Shown: positions 15,944 through 25,690 of the stretch, in pieces
Position numbering within the stretch: position 1 is the first letter of the stretch
Layout: the number at the start of each line of letters is the position of its first letter
Origin: a virus
Lineage: Duplodnaviria; Caudoviricetes
DNA length: 50,970 nt
Virus record (IMG/VR): IMGVR_UViG_3300032212_000014
Location: 1 to 50,970 of that record
Strand: one strand, 5' to 3'
Program-made: the position numbers and the translations under genes
The notes under the pieces: model-generated
Told to the model about the DNA's origin: nothing
Databases searched by the model: none
The model's input: the letters and a program-made list of their open reading frames with translations, nothing else

Positions 15944-15992
15944 TTGACCTAAAGGCTTTGCTTCGTGTACCATGTTGGCGTTCACTAACTTA
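15944..15992 (+). promoter_or_regulatory. putative promoter of the packaging/head operon with downstream CTAAC motif
   Basis: TTGACC-18-TACCAT followed by GCGTTCACTAACTTA. Confidence 0.55.
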
Positions 15993-16002
15993 GGGGCAGC
16001 CA

Positions 16003-16425
16003 ATGTCATTACAGAAAACTGTATTCTCTTCTGCCGTCAGCGGCACTGACTACCCATCATTCACCAAGATCGGTGTCTCTGGGTCAGCCGCATCATGCAA
16101 GGGTGCACAAGTCGCCCGTTTCTTTGTTGAGGGGGCACTCTCAAGCGGTACGGATGTCGGCGAGATCACTCTGGTCCTACTCAAAGACGGCTTGCCTATC
16201 TTTCACGATATCGCAACCGTCACCAAGACCGCCATTGCTTCGGGCTCGGGTCGCTTGGTCGCTACCGTTGCGTTCGCCAAGAGCACCAGCGAAAAGATCG
16301 ATCTTCTTGGCTACTGGCGCTCGGGTGCAGCTTCACGCGATGGATATGAATGGAAATATGCCGTCACCGACCTCGGCAGTTTTACCAGCCTTAGTGTAAC
16401 TGTCGCCACCTCGACGGAGCTCTAA
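16003..16425 (+). CDS. hypothetical beta-rich protein (possible virion protein)
   Basis: 140-aa Ser/Thr/Gly-rich ORF directly before the terminase. Confidence 0.65.
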   Translation: MSLQKTVFSSAVSGTDYPSFTKIGVSGSAASCKGAQVARFFVEGALSSGTDVGEITLVLLKDGLPIFHDIATVTKTAIASGSGRLVATVAFAKSTSEKIDLLGYWRSGAASRDGYEWKYAVTDLGSFTSLSVTVATSTEL

Positions 16426-19008
16426 ATGGGTGGCCATCCGTTCATCGCAAAGGCTCCCGATGGGGCGACTTATTACGGCAACAATCTTGCCCTGCTTTGC
16501 CGTGAACACAAGCTCAACAAAGACTTGATGAACAAAGTCAGGCAAGGCATTGTCGCAGACCATCGCAAGTGGACTGTTCGTGAAGCCACCGACTTTGAAA
16601 TCGCAAACCTCGGTGATCCTCGCGGTAATCCAAAGGTTGATGTTCCTAGAGATGAAACCGACGCGATTTCCATGGTCATGGATATGTATGCGCCCGGCTC
16701 TGAGCACACCGCTCCATCCGATCCGCGTGAACTTGTCAAGCTGCTCGCCAACGCCCAGGCACAAATGGCCTTTGGTGTTCATGTCTTGGGCAAGGAACCG
16801 CCGACTGGCTGGAACCCTGCACAAATCAACGCCACGATCACGCACCTTTGCACCACCCATGGTATCGACCGCAAGCACGCCGAGGACTATCGCACCGCCG
16901 AAGAGAGGGTCATGGACGCCATGACCGAGCTCATCGGTAACAGCGCTTCTATCTGGGAAGCCGAAGATGAAATCCTCGCCACACTTGAGCAGGAAATGAT
17001 CGGTGTTCGCGACGGCGGCGAAGAATATCTACGCATCCTTGAAAAGTTCCCCGCAAAGTCGCTGCTCCCCGAGAGCCAGTTGCCCGCCGGCCAAGACCCG
17101 GAGGCACCCCCCGGCCCAAAAACAATAGCGGCGGTCGCGTCTAAATGGATTGATCGCATCCGCCGCGTCCGTCACCTTGCACACCGAGCACAGACCGATT
17201 CGATCCCAGGCATGAGCCGGCGCGAGAAGATGATCAGCCAAGCGACCCACACGCTTCGTTATCAGCTCTATGTCAACCGATCAGGAATCATGATCCGTCA
17301 CAAGGGGATGAAGAAGAAGAACAATGTATTTACCATCGGCCCCCCGCATATCCGTATGTCGATGGGCTTGTTCTTCTCTCGCAACCGATACGGAATCACT
17401 GACCAGGGCATTCTTGCCCCCGGTGAAAGTTATATCGTCGATGGCAAAGAGACTCCATTCCCCGGCGCTGATTACACGGGCACCATCTGGATGATCCCCC
17501 CTCGCCACGGCAAAACCGATGAGCTCAAAGCCGTGGTCGGATTAGAGATCGGTCTCAATCCGCGAGTCCAGATTGGCTATGTCCACGATGTCGATGAGGA
17601 AGCGAAGAAGTTTAAGAACTCCGTGGAGCGCATGTTCCACCGAGACAACGATCAAGGCCGAAGAAACTACAGGCTCTTTCCCTACGAGCTCGATGCAAAG
17701 CAGAACGATGCCAATATGCTGCGCGTCAAATGCAAAGATCCTCCAAAGACCCCGAACCTTGTGGTCGGTGGCGTCTTTGGATCTGCGCAGGGTTTGGATC
17801 TTGACCTGCTTATCGGCGATGACCTTGTTCCCCAGCGAGACAACCATCAGCCAGGCACAAGAAAAAAACGGCTCACCGCTTGGGCTGGCACTTGGGTCAC
17901 TCGATTACAAGGCGAGAACCCTCATATCATTCTCTCGGGCTATCCCCGCCACTTTCAGGATCTCATGTGGACCAAGTACAAAGAGGCTTTGGAAGCTGCC
18001 AAGTCTCAGTTCCGCCGCGGTGATCCGATGTGGGTTCTTCGCATGCCTGTCGGCGATACAAAGTCATCACCGAAGTTCAAAGCAATCTGGGATTACTACG
18101 GACCCGCCGCGCTTCGCCGTCGGTATCGCCAGTTAAGTTCGCGAGCAACCTGGGCCGCCAACTACGGACTCCATCCGATCACCGACGATATGAAGCTCGT
18201 CAAGAATGTTCGGATACTTGACAAGAACGATCCAAAGGTGATCGAAATGCTCAAGGCCAGCGAGAACCATCTCAACATCGACCCGGCGGCCAAGGGTGAC
18301 GGGCTCAATGATATGGCCGGGCTTGTCGTGCTCTCTGTTGGGAGTCTCGAATGGGTTGACACAAACGAGTTCGGCAAAGTACAGAACAGCGAAACACTCG
18401 CGGTTGTTCGCATGGCGCGTGAGTTCCACGCCACCCAGACCGAGATCACCCAGGAAATGATGGAAGTCTCTCAGTCGTTACCGATTCACCAGGCGAATGT
18501 CGAATGCGTGACCGGCCTAGGCTCGGCCATCATCGAGATCCTTGAAAACTACCACGGCGTCTATGGGGTGAACCCGATCGGCACCGGGAACCTCAACAAG
18601 AAAGCGCGATTCAAAGCCGTCGCCGGTATGCTCGAACATCAGCCGGGGATTGTTCCCGCAAAGGTCGCGTTCCTTGGCGAAAAAGAGCGTGACGAAAACG
18701 GGAACATTATCGAGGACTCACCGTTGCAGGTGATCGAATCGCAACGCCGGCTCTTGGAGTATGTCGTCAACTACGCGGTTGAGGAAGGCTTCCACTCCCT
18801 CGATGCCCTCACCCAAGGCTGCCGCCAGCTCATGCCGGTCATCGGTGTTGGCGAAGGCGAGTTCAGTGCTCAAGTTGAGCAGGATATGTACGAGGGCAAG
18901 GACAAGAACAAGTGCAACATCATCAAGAAAATCAAGATCGATACCAAAAGAAAACAATCGCATAGTGCCGGGCGGCGTCGCTTTGGCATGTCCACTTTAC
19001 AGGTTTGA
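16426..19008 (+). CDS. terL: terminase large subunit with long N-terminal extension
   Basis: MIPPRHGKT (Walker A), DLLIGDD (Walker B), NIDPA...ND and LDALTQ nuclease motifs. Confidence 0.9.
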   Translation: MGGHPFIAKAPDGATYYGNNLALLCREHKLNKDLMNKVRQGIVADHRKWTVREATDFEIANLGDPRGNPKVDVPRDETDAISMVMDMYAPGSEHTAPSDPRELVKLLANAQAQMAFGVHVLGKEPPTGWNPAQINATITHLCTTHGIDRKHAEDYRTAEERVMDAMTELIGNSASIWEAEDEILATLEQEMIGVRDGGEEYLRILEKFPAKSLLPESQLPAGQDPEAPPGPKTIAAVASKWIDRIRRVRHLAHRAQTDSIPGMSRREKMISQATHTLRYQLYVNRSGIMIRHKGMKKKNNVFTIGPPHIRMSMGLFFSRNRYGITDQGILAPGESYIVDGKETPFPGADYTGTIWMIPPRHGKTDELKAVVGLEIGLNPRVQIGYVHDVDEEAKKFKNSVERMFHRDNDQGRRNYRLFPYELDAKQNDANMLRVKCKDPPKTPNLVVGGVFGSAQGLDLDLLIGDDLVPQRDNHQPGTRKKRLTAWAGTWVTRLQGENPHIILSGYPRHFQDLMWTKYKEALEAAKSQFRRGDPMWVLRMPVGDTKSSPKFKAIWDYYGPAALRRRYRQLSSRATWAANYGLHPITDDMKLVKNVRILDKNDPKVIEMLKASENHLNIDPAAKGDGLNDMAGLVVLSVGSLEWVDTNEFGKVQNSETLAVVRMAREFHATQTEITQEMMEVSQSLPIHQANVECVTGLGSAIIEILENYHGVYGVNPIGTGNLNKKARFKAVAGMLEHQPGIVPAKVAFLGEKERDENGNIIEDSPLQVIESQRRLLEYVVNYAVEEGFHSLDALTQGCRQLMPVIGVGEGEFSAQVEQDMYEGKDKNKCNIIKKIKIDTKRKQSHSAGRRRFGMSTLQV

Positions 19009-19024
19009 AAAGGAGATCCAAACC

Positions 19025-19363
19025 ATGAAATCAATAGAACAAATCCAAGAACTCAAGGGCCTATTCAAGCCACGAAACAACCATGTTGTTTTGGTGCTCG
19101 ACGAGGCAATGGTCAAGACCGAGGCGGGCTTGCATATTCCAGAGGTCGGCGTCGCCCAATCAGTCACCGGGCAGGTTGTCGAGGCCGCGATCAAAGACAA
19201 AGAAGATCCTGATGTTGAGCTCAGACCCGGCGACCGTGTGTACTTCAACGCGTTCGCTGCACAAAAGCTGACCATCGGCGATGCCAAGATCATTGTTGTT
19301 CAAAGCGAAAACATCATGGGGACTATCAACTCCGCTGAGATCGTCAAGGAGGACAACTCATGA
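19025..19363 (+). CDS. groES: co-chaperonin GroES
   Basis: FKPRNNHVVL...KTEAGLHIP...GQVVE...LRPGDRVYF...ENIMG; AGGAG RBS. Confidence 0.9.
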   Translation: MKSIEQIQELKGLFKPRNNHVVLVLDEAMVKTEAGLHIPEVGVAQSVTGQVVEAAIKDKEDPDVELRPGDRVYFNAFAAQKLTIGDAKIIVVQSENIMGTINSAEIVKEDNS

Positions 19364-19746
19364 TTTCGATCTATGTATTCTCAACGATCGTTCTCTTTGG
19401 TGCCTCGGTCTCTGTCGCGTTCTTTGTCGGCTGGCTTTGCCGAGGGTACAAGATCGAATCAAATGAGCCGGCGGGCAATGTCTACACGCTTGTCAACGCG
19501 CTCACCGACCTTGCCCAAAGGCCGCCCGTCGTCATCCGTGAGCCACCCCAGCAAGCGAACCAACCACGCGAGCGAGAGGGTATCCATCCGCTCGCACAAT
19601 CATACCTGGATACAGACGAAACCGATCCCGAAGCAGACCACCACCAAAGCCCCGAACATGAAAACATGGTTATCAGTACATCGCCGGGGAGATCAAACCC
19701 CGGCTTTCCGCTGATCCACCATACTGTTGACATGCACGGCTCCTGA
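19360..19746 (+). CDS. hypothetical protein with N-terminal TM helix
   Basis: Hydrophobic segment IYVFSTIVLFGASVSVAFFVGWL. Confidence 0.65.
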   Translation: MISIYVFSTIVLFGASVSVAFFVGWLCRGYKIESNEPAGNVYTLVNALTDLAQRPPVVIREPPQQANQPREREGIHPLAQSYLDTDETDPEADHHQSPEHENMVISTSPGRSNPGFPLIHHTVDMHGS

Positions 19747-19763
19747 TTAAAAAGGCGTATGCC

Positions 19764-21743
19764 ATGATCCAACCATTCAAAGACGAAGCTGATTTTCTGC
19801 AATGGCAGGACGACAAGATCCTCGAGTCTGGTCCGCTCCAACGGCAGAGCGAGGTCTACGCTGCGCAATGCCGTGCGTTTGATAATGGCTCACAGCATAT
19901 CGAATCGTGCGGCATCAACGAGAAGGGGCTGCAAGGGTTCGTCAACACTTGTGATCAAATCTCGGAGAAGGCAGGGCGCGGGCCGGCTCGGATGACGATG
20001 AACCGAATCACCAGCCAGCGCATCCGCAACGCCGCGAGAACCAATCCGCAACGCTTCGAGGTCGTCCCGCTCCCGCCTATCGGAACCGCAACACCTCAGT
20101 CATTGGCAAAGGCGACGATCTATCAATCTGTCGCCAATGCCATGATCGAAGATAGCCATTATGTCAACCACGCATCGGTGGCAAACGACAACCGCGCCAT
20201 CGATGGGCTCCATGGTCACGGCTTCCGAATCCACAAGGGCAAGCGCCCCAACGGCGCACCTGACGCACGGATGGAGGCGTTCACATTCGACGGCTTCCAG
20301 CTCTCGCTCGACCCATCGAATCAGAGCGGCAATCTGTGTGATCACGAATGGGTGATCTTTACCGAAGTGCTCACCAAGACCAAGGCAGAGCGGATCTACG
20401 GCGAGGATGTTTTCGCAGGGATCAAGGACGACGAGTTTACTTCTATCCAATCACTGATGCCAACCGAGACCGCGTTCAACCGGCTCTCGGGCGGCTCGCT
20501 CTACCCCACGCTCTCCACGCACGCCAAGAGTCCCGGCGTTATTGTTCGGACCGCCTGGCTCAAGGGCTACGGTCGTCGATTCGATCGCATGATTATCACG
20601 ATCGATGTCAAATCAAAGAACAACCCCGCAAGCAAGAAGGTGATCGGCGATGTCAACCACGCGCCCAACCCATACGGCGGCGACGGGATGCCCCTGGGAA
20701 CACTCAGAGGATTCCGCAGAGCGGTAAGCCGGCTCCCGATTTCCGATGTCGGGCTCATGATCGATGATCAACGAAAAGGGAACATGGCCGCAACGATCTT
20801 GTTCCAAGGCTACTGGAACTACATGAACACGATTCATGTGATCGATCGCAACTGGCTCCATAACGGGGCCAATATGTCAGAGAATGAAATCTGGGATTCG
20901 CTCGACAACGGGATGATTGTTGGCCGAGGCAAGAAAGATGCCAAGGCTCCGGCCATCATGCAGGCACCGCCACCACCGCAGTTTGCATCCGAGGATGCCG
21001 AGCGATGGACTCAGCATATGCGTGAGGATGTGTTCTCAAGCGATGTGCATGTTGGTAAGACCAAGACCCATGTTCCAGCCTCAACCACACAGCTTGCCGT
21101 CCAGCTTGCAGAAGGGCCATTGCAGGATCGCGAAGAGGGCGATATCAAAGAGTACACCCGGATCATCGAGACCATGGCCGCAACTGCCGTGCTCTTGGCG
21201 AAGGCTCAAGCCCCCCATATTCTCACGATGCTGCACAAATCAGGGATGAGCGCCGATCAGATCGGCACCTTGCTCGAGCTCGACTACACCGAGCACCCAC
21301 GGCTCAAACTAACCCAAAACGCCATGCGCCGGCAGACGAGATCCCAGCGCAAGGATCAAATGTTCCAGCTCCTTGAGAGCCAAGCGCTCGATCCGGCAGT
21401 TGTCCCGATGCTCTTGGCTGATATCGATATGCCAATGAGACAGATCGACAAAGACACCTCTCAATGGGCAGAGAGCTTGGTCCTCAAGATCATGTCTGGT
21501 AGGGCGTACAAGCCTATCCCGCTGGGCACCCGTGTCGGTTTCTTGCTTGAGCAGCTTCAACGGGCGATGATGCAAACCACCGACGACGAAGAAACCCAAG
21601 ACCGCTTAGTGGATGCCTATCAAGCCCAGCTTGAGATCGACGGCCTGCTCGACGATCCCGAGGAAGAAGAAGCACAAGGCGAACCCGCACCCGAAGAAGT
21701 GAGCCTCCAAGACCTCGTTGGCGGGGCTCAAGCCCCGGTTTAA
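19764..21743 (+). CDS. portal protein (podovirus-type)
   Basis: 659 aa, between terminase and scaffold/capsid; helical with acidic C-terminus; mainly a positional call. Confidence 0.75.
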   Translation: MIQPFKDEADFLQWQDDKILESGPLQRQSEVYAAQCRAFDNGSQHIESCGINEKGLQGFVNTCDQISEKAGRGPARMTMNRITSQRIRNAARTNPQRFEVVPLPPIGTATPQSLAKATIYQSVANAMIEDSHYVNHASVANDNRAIDGLHGHGFRIHKGKRPNGAPDARMEAFTFDGFQLSLDPSNQSGNLCDHEWVIFTEVLTKTKAERIYGEDVFAGIKDDEFTSIQSLMPTETAFNRLSGGSLYPTLSTHAKSPGVIVRTAWLKGYGRRFDRMIITIDVKSKNNPASKKVIGDVNHAPNPYGGDGMPLGTLRGFRRAVSRLPISDVGLMIDDQRKGNMAATILFQGYWNYMNTIHVIDRNWLHNGANMSENEIWDSLDNGMIVGRGKKDAKAPAIMQAPPPPQFASEDAERWTQHMREDVFSSDVHVGKTKTHVPASTTQLAVQLAEGPLQDREEGDIKEYTRIIETMAATAVLLAKAQAPHILTMLHKSGMSADQIGTLLELDYTEHPRLKLTQNAMRRQTRSQRKDQMFQLLESQALDPAVVPMLLADIDMPMRQIDKDTSQWAESLVLKIMSGRAYKPIPLGTRVGFLLEQLQRAMMQTTDDEETQDRLVDAYQAQLEIDGLLDDPEEEEAQGEPAPEEVSLQDLVGGAQAPV

Positions 21744-21744
21744 C

Positions 21745-21759
21745 TGTCACAATGTGACA
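21745..21759. promoter_or_regulatory. palindromic operator-like site, copy 2
   Basis: Perfect TGTCAC AAT GTGACA just after the portal stop. Confidence 0.65.
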
Positions 21760-21810
21760 CTGACAAAGAATCGAGCCTCAATAAATCTCTCAGGAGATGC
21801 AAGTTGCAGG

Positions 21811-21840
21811 TTGACAGTGCGGTTAGCGAACGCTAACTTA
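21811..21840 (+). promoter_or_regulatory. putative promoter for scaffold/capsid overlapping a CTAAC motif
   Basis: TTGACA-17-TAACTT; GCGAACGCTAACTTA; inverted repeat GTTAGCG-AA-CGCTAAC. Confidence 0.55.
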
Positions 21841-21934
21841 CCAGTAGATAGCCCGGCGCGTTGCCGATTACCTATCTCCCGTCAGCCGATCCGACTACCC
21901 GCACCGCGGCCCGGATAACGCGAAGGAAACCGCC

Positions 21935-22825
21935 ATGGAAACACCACCCAACACCCCCGCTGCTCCCGAAGCTGCACCCGCACCCGCGGCCCCTGAATCT
22001 ACAGGAATACCCGCCCCCGCGCCCGCTGCACCGGCCCAACCAGCTACAAACCCTGCGCCCGCTGCACCCGCACCGCCGCAGTACACCCCCGAACAGATTT
22101 CTACTTTCCAGAGATCACACGAACAGTATCAAGGCAACCGTCCACTTCTTGCCCCGCTTTTGCAAGCGAACATCAAGACACCGGATCAGGTCAATCAGTT
22201 ATTGCAAGTGAACCAGCTTGCCGCCGACCGTGGCGTCGATCTCAACGCGCTGCTCTCAGCGCTGGGGACCGACACCAACACGCCGGCTACTCCCGAAGCG
22301 ATCACGCTCGATTCCATCAAAGGGGTTATTGATTCGTCTATCGAATCAACTATGACTCTCCGTGATGCAAACGCTCAAGATCAATCACTCAACGATTTAT
22401 CGACCGCTTCACTGGAAACCGCCAAATCAGAAATCGCAACATCAATCGGCCTCACCGCCGCTGATCCTGTTCTGGGTTCAATCGTCGATAAGCTGGCCGA
22501 TGCCAGGCAAAAACAGTCGTTCTATCCAGCGGGTCATCCGCTGGCGGACAAAGTATACAAACCACTCGACGCCACCGAAATCGCAGCCGTCAAAGCCGAC
22601 GCCCTTGCCCAGCTCACCGCGTTCCGTGGTGAAAAAGCAATCGCCGACGCCCAGGCGGTCATCAACGCCGCCGCCGCCCAACCGGACGGGGACGGGTTGC
22701 ACACCCCCGCAGGAACACCAGCCCGAGCTTTCAATCCGCTTGAAAGCCCGACCGCTGACGATCGTGCGGAAGCTGTCGCCATTCTCAATGGTGCATTGGG
22801 TGGCGTCGTACCAAGCGCCGTCTAG
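21935..22825 (+). CDS. putative capsid scaffolding protein
   Basis: Pro/Ala-rich disordered N-terminus and helical body; directly before the capsid gene. Confidence 0.7.
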   Translation: METPPNTPAAPEAAPAPAAPESTGIPAPAPAAPAQPATNPAPAAPAPPQYTPEQISTFQRSHEQYQGNRPLLAPLLQANIKTPDQVNQLLQVNQLAADRGVDLNALLSALGTDTNTPATPEAITLDSIKGVIDSSIESTMTLRDANAQDQSLNDLSTASLETAKSEIATSIGLTAADPVLGSIVDKLADARQKQSFYPAGHPLADKVYKPLDATEIAAVKADALAQLTAFRGEKAIADAQAVINAAAAQPDGDGLHTPAGTPARAFNPLESPTADDRAEAVAILNGALGGVVPSAV

Positions 22826-22859
22826 GTCTCTTGTCTGACCTTGACGCAGGAGAAAAGTA

Positions 22860-24251
22860 ATGTCACAACTCGCCACTGTCGAATCAAGGTTTACCGGACT
22901 GACCGCGCTCTTGCGTAATCGGTATCTCAAGGATGTCATCGACCTCCGTACCCGTGTTGGCACGCCAACCATGCAGCGCCTCAAGCCTGCCGCAATGCAC
23001 ACAACCGCCCGCGACAACTGGTTGCAGTACGAAGTTGCCGCCGCCGATAGCGCTCGGATGAACACCAACCTGCTCCGTGACTACGGCACGCCCAACAAGT
23101 CCAAGGCCGGAAGCCTCAATTACCGATACGACCCGGACAATCCAGCACTCAATGATGTGGTTGGTATTGACTCGGTTGCTCGCGTATCGCTTGCCGATAT
23201 GGAGAAGGCCGGCACCCCCGATGGCATGATGTCCCTGGCACAGAAAGTGACCAAGGATGTGTTCGCTGGGATCAATGAGACCCCATCAACCATGATGCAC
23301 TCTGATGCAGGTGCTTCGATCGGTGCTGTCAACGGAACCAAAGTGAAGCCGACCACTGACTTTGCCAATGGCGACACCTATGTCAGCGGCGACACCTCGG
23401 CGACCATCGCGATCGACGGATACTCCATCGGCGTGTACCGCAGAGGCATGGTGCTCGATCTCTACAACGGCGAAACAATGGTGCTCGACAATATCTATGT
23501 CCGCCATGTTGATTACGATCAGCACACCATTGTTGTTGAGCGCACCAGCGATACCACCGCACTCAACCTCGATGGCATTGTTGACAACCTCACCATCTAC
23601 CGATCCGGCGAAAAAGGTCAAGGATTCAAGACCTCATTCGGCGGCGTGTTCCCTGAAACCGTGACCGCCGGCGAGAGCTGGGTTGGCGGGGTCGATCGCT
23701 CGACCATCGATTACATGCACCTGCTCCCGATGATGCTCCGTCGCAACAACGCCACCCCTGAGCTCCCATCACAGTCTCATCTTGACGCCCTTGGCCTTGC
23801 CATGGGATACGCCAAGGCGGGCACCAAAGAGAATCCTTACACCCTCTTTGCGGGCAACGGGCTGATCCAGTCGATGCGAAACTCTATCGGCGATATGAAT
23901 GTTGTTATGGCGTCAAACACCAACAACAAAGATAACCAGTTCGGCAACGCCAGCCTCCGTTACCATCACCCAGACTTGGGCGAGATCGAAATGGTTTCGG
24001 ATGTCACCGCCCGAAACGATCGTTTCACCTTCCTCAAGACCCAGAATGTGAAGATGATGCAAGCCGGATTCAAGGGCTTGCATATCGCCACCGAGGGCAA
24101 CGGCCTTGGATACTTCGAGCGACTTGAGGGCACTAATGGTGTACGCGGCGGATCGAAGTTCTACAAGATGGAAGCATCGTTGTGGGAAACCCCTGTCTGG
24201 GAACGCTTCGACGAGTGTGCAACCGTATTCGGCCTCACCACTGATAGCTAA
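22860..24251 (+). CDS. major capsid protein
   Basis: 463 aa after the scaffold, AGGAG RBS; positional and compositional call. Confidence 0.75.
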   Translation: MSQLATVESRFTGLTALLRNRYLKDVIDLRTRVGTPTMQRLKPAAMHTTARDNWLQYEVAAADSARMNTNLLRDYGTPNKSKAGSLNYRYDPDNPALNDVVGIDSVARVSLADMEKAGTPDGMMSLAQKVTKDVFAGINETPSTMMHSDAGASIGAVNGTKVKPTTDFANGDTYVSGDTSATIAIDGYSIGVYRRGMVLDLYNGETMVLDNIYVRHVDYDQHTIVVERTSDTTALNLDGIVDNLTIYRSGEKGQGFKTSFGGVFPETVTAGESWVGGVDRSTIDYMHLLPMMLRRNNATPELPSQSHLDALGLAMGYAKAGTKENPYTLFAGNGLIQSMRNSIGDMNVVMASNTNNKDNQFGNASLRYHHPDLGEIEMVSDVTARNDRFTFLKTQNVKMMQAGFKGLHIATEGNGLGYFERLEGTNGVRGGSKFYKMEASLWETPVWERFDECATVFGLTTDS

Positions 24252-24302
24252 TCAATACCCCCACCCCCCCAAACCAATCCATACGGCTTCTAGCGATGTC
24301 GT

Positions 24303-24758
24303 ATGGGATTCATGAAACGATACCGCCACCTCATCCGAGTCGATGGAAGGTCTCTCCCAAAGCTGCCCAAGTCCGTGTCCAAACAGGTCACAGATGCGTG
24401 CAGACAGATCGAGGCCCGTTGCAAAGTCACCGCATGGTATCATTGCGGGAATAGCACGGTGCAATATCACTTTACCAGAACACCAACCATCGCCCCGGTC
24501 GCTGATTACTTGATAACCAACGGACGGTATCACCCCATCTCTGTTCGTGATTCTTGCAGCCGATTGCTCCGCGCTCGCATGTCCCGCAAGCGCAAAGACT
24601 ATGAGATAGCAAAGATTGAATCGAACAATAAAAGTGTTCGTGAGAACGAGATCAACAAACTTGCAGACGATTGCAAGGGCAGCCTTGTCGGCGAGCTCTT
24701 GCACAACATCCGAAAGATCCAGAACCCGCACTCACAGCGGGTATTCGCAACATCCTAG
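24303..24758 (+). CDS. hypothetical basic protein
   Basis: 151-aa ORF in the structural operon. Confidence 0.6.
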   Translation: MGFMKRYRHLIRVDGRSLPKLPKSVSKQVTDACRQIEARCKVTAWYHCGNSTVQYHFTRTPTIAPVADYLITNGRYHPISVRDSCSRLLRARMSRKRKDYEIAKIESNNKSVRENEINKLADDCKGSLVGELLHNIRKIQNPHSQRVFATS

Positions 24759-24771
24759 CCAGGAGCCTGAA

Positions 24772-25227
24772 ATGAAAACGATCCCCACCACAGAGTTCGC
24801 AGCAGAATCAACCGTTGAAGATTTCCGCGATGTCGGCGCTGCCGGCTTCGTTCGATCAGTGTTTAAGGAGCTTGTCGTTGTGGCATCGGCCGCCGCCGAC
24901 ACGACCATGGACATGCTTATCCCCGCCAACTTTGTGATCGAAGGATACACAATCAAGGCCGCAACCGCAATCACCTATGCGACCGCTGTTGCAACGAGTC
25001 TCGGCGACGGCTCCGACGCTGACCGCATTGCTAGAGTGCCTATTGCAAGCCTTGAGGATTTGAACGAATCATCTTCCGATGTCCTTGCCGCCCCAGATTA
25101 TAACACCACCGCTTTCAATCCTCATCTGTACGCAACAGACGGCACAGGCACAGAGGACGGCACCGTTGCAGGCAGCTTTGCCGTGGTCATCTGGGGTTAT
25201 GAAGTCCCGCAAATCGAATCGTTCTAA
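24772..25227 (+). CDS. putative capsid decoration/minor virion protein
   Basis: Start MKTIPTT after AGGAG; Ala/Thr/Asp-rich; LIPANFVI motif. Confidence 0.6.
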   Translation: MKTIPTTEFAAESTVEDFRDVGAAGFVRSVFKELVVVASAAADTTMDMLIPANFVIEGYTIKAATAITYATAVATSLGDGSDADRIARVPIASLEDLNESSSDVLAAPDYNTTAFNPHLYATDGTGTEDGTVAGSFAVVIWGYEVPQIESF

Positions 25228-25299
25228 CCCCCCATTGGCGCATAGAACACTGAACCGATCCCTGAGCCCGTTGGCTCATGCTGAATAAAGGAAAGTCCA

Positions 25300-25662
25300 A
25301 TGAGTAATCTCCGCCAAGCCAATGTGCTCCGCCTCATGGGTCCAATCGTCAACAAGACGCAGACAAGCGCCTCGCTCGTGCTCAAAGAGTCGATTGTCAA
25401 AGCCCGTATCACCGTGTCCGCCGCCATCAACATCGACAAGATTGTTTCGACATGGGAAGATGGACGGATGATCCAGTTGATCTCCGCTGCTGGTAATAGC
25501 GACGACATCACCATCCGAGACAACCAATCGGGCAGCAACCTTAAAGTTGATGGCACTTCAATCACTCTTGGCGCAACCGATAGCGTTTGGTTCCGAGCCG
25601 ACATCGCCTCATCGGGCGCTAAGGTCTGGATGCAAGATACGCCTGTCATGAACATCACCTAA
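25300..25662 (+). CDS. putative virion protein
   Basis: 120-aa beta-rich ORF with AAGGA RBS. Confidence 0.6.
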   Translation: MSNLRQANVLRLMGPIVNKTQTSASLVLKESIVKARITVSAAINIDKIVSTWEDGRMIQLISAAGNSDDITIRDNQSGSNLKVDGTSITLGATDSVWFRADIASSGAKVWMQDTPVMNIT

Positions 25663-25690
25663 TCCCCAGCTGAGAGGGGGGTGGTGATCC

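Noticed and set aside
21950-22080. GCACCC-type repeats as a DNA element
   Set aside because: They simply encode the Pro/Ala linker of the scaffold protein.
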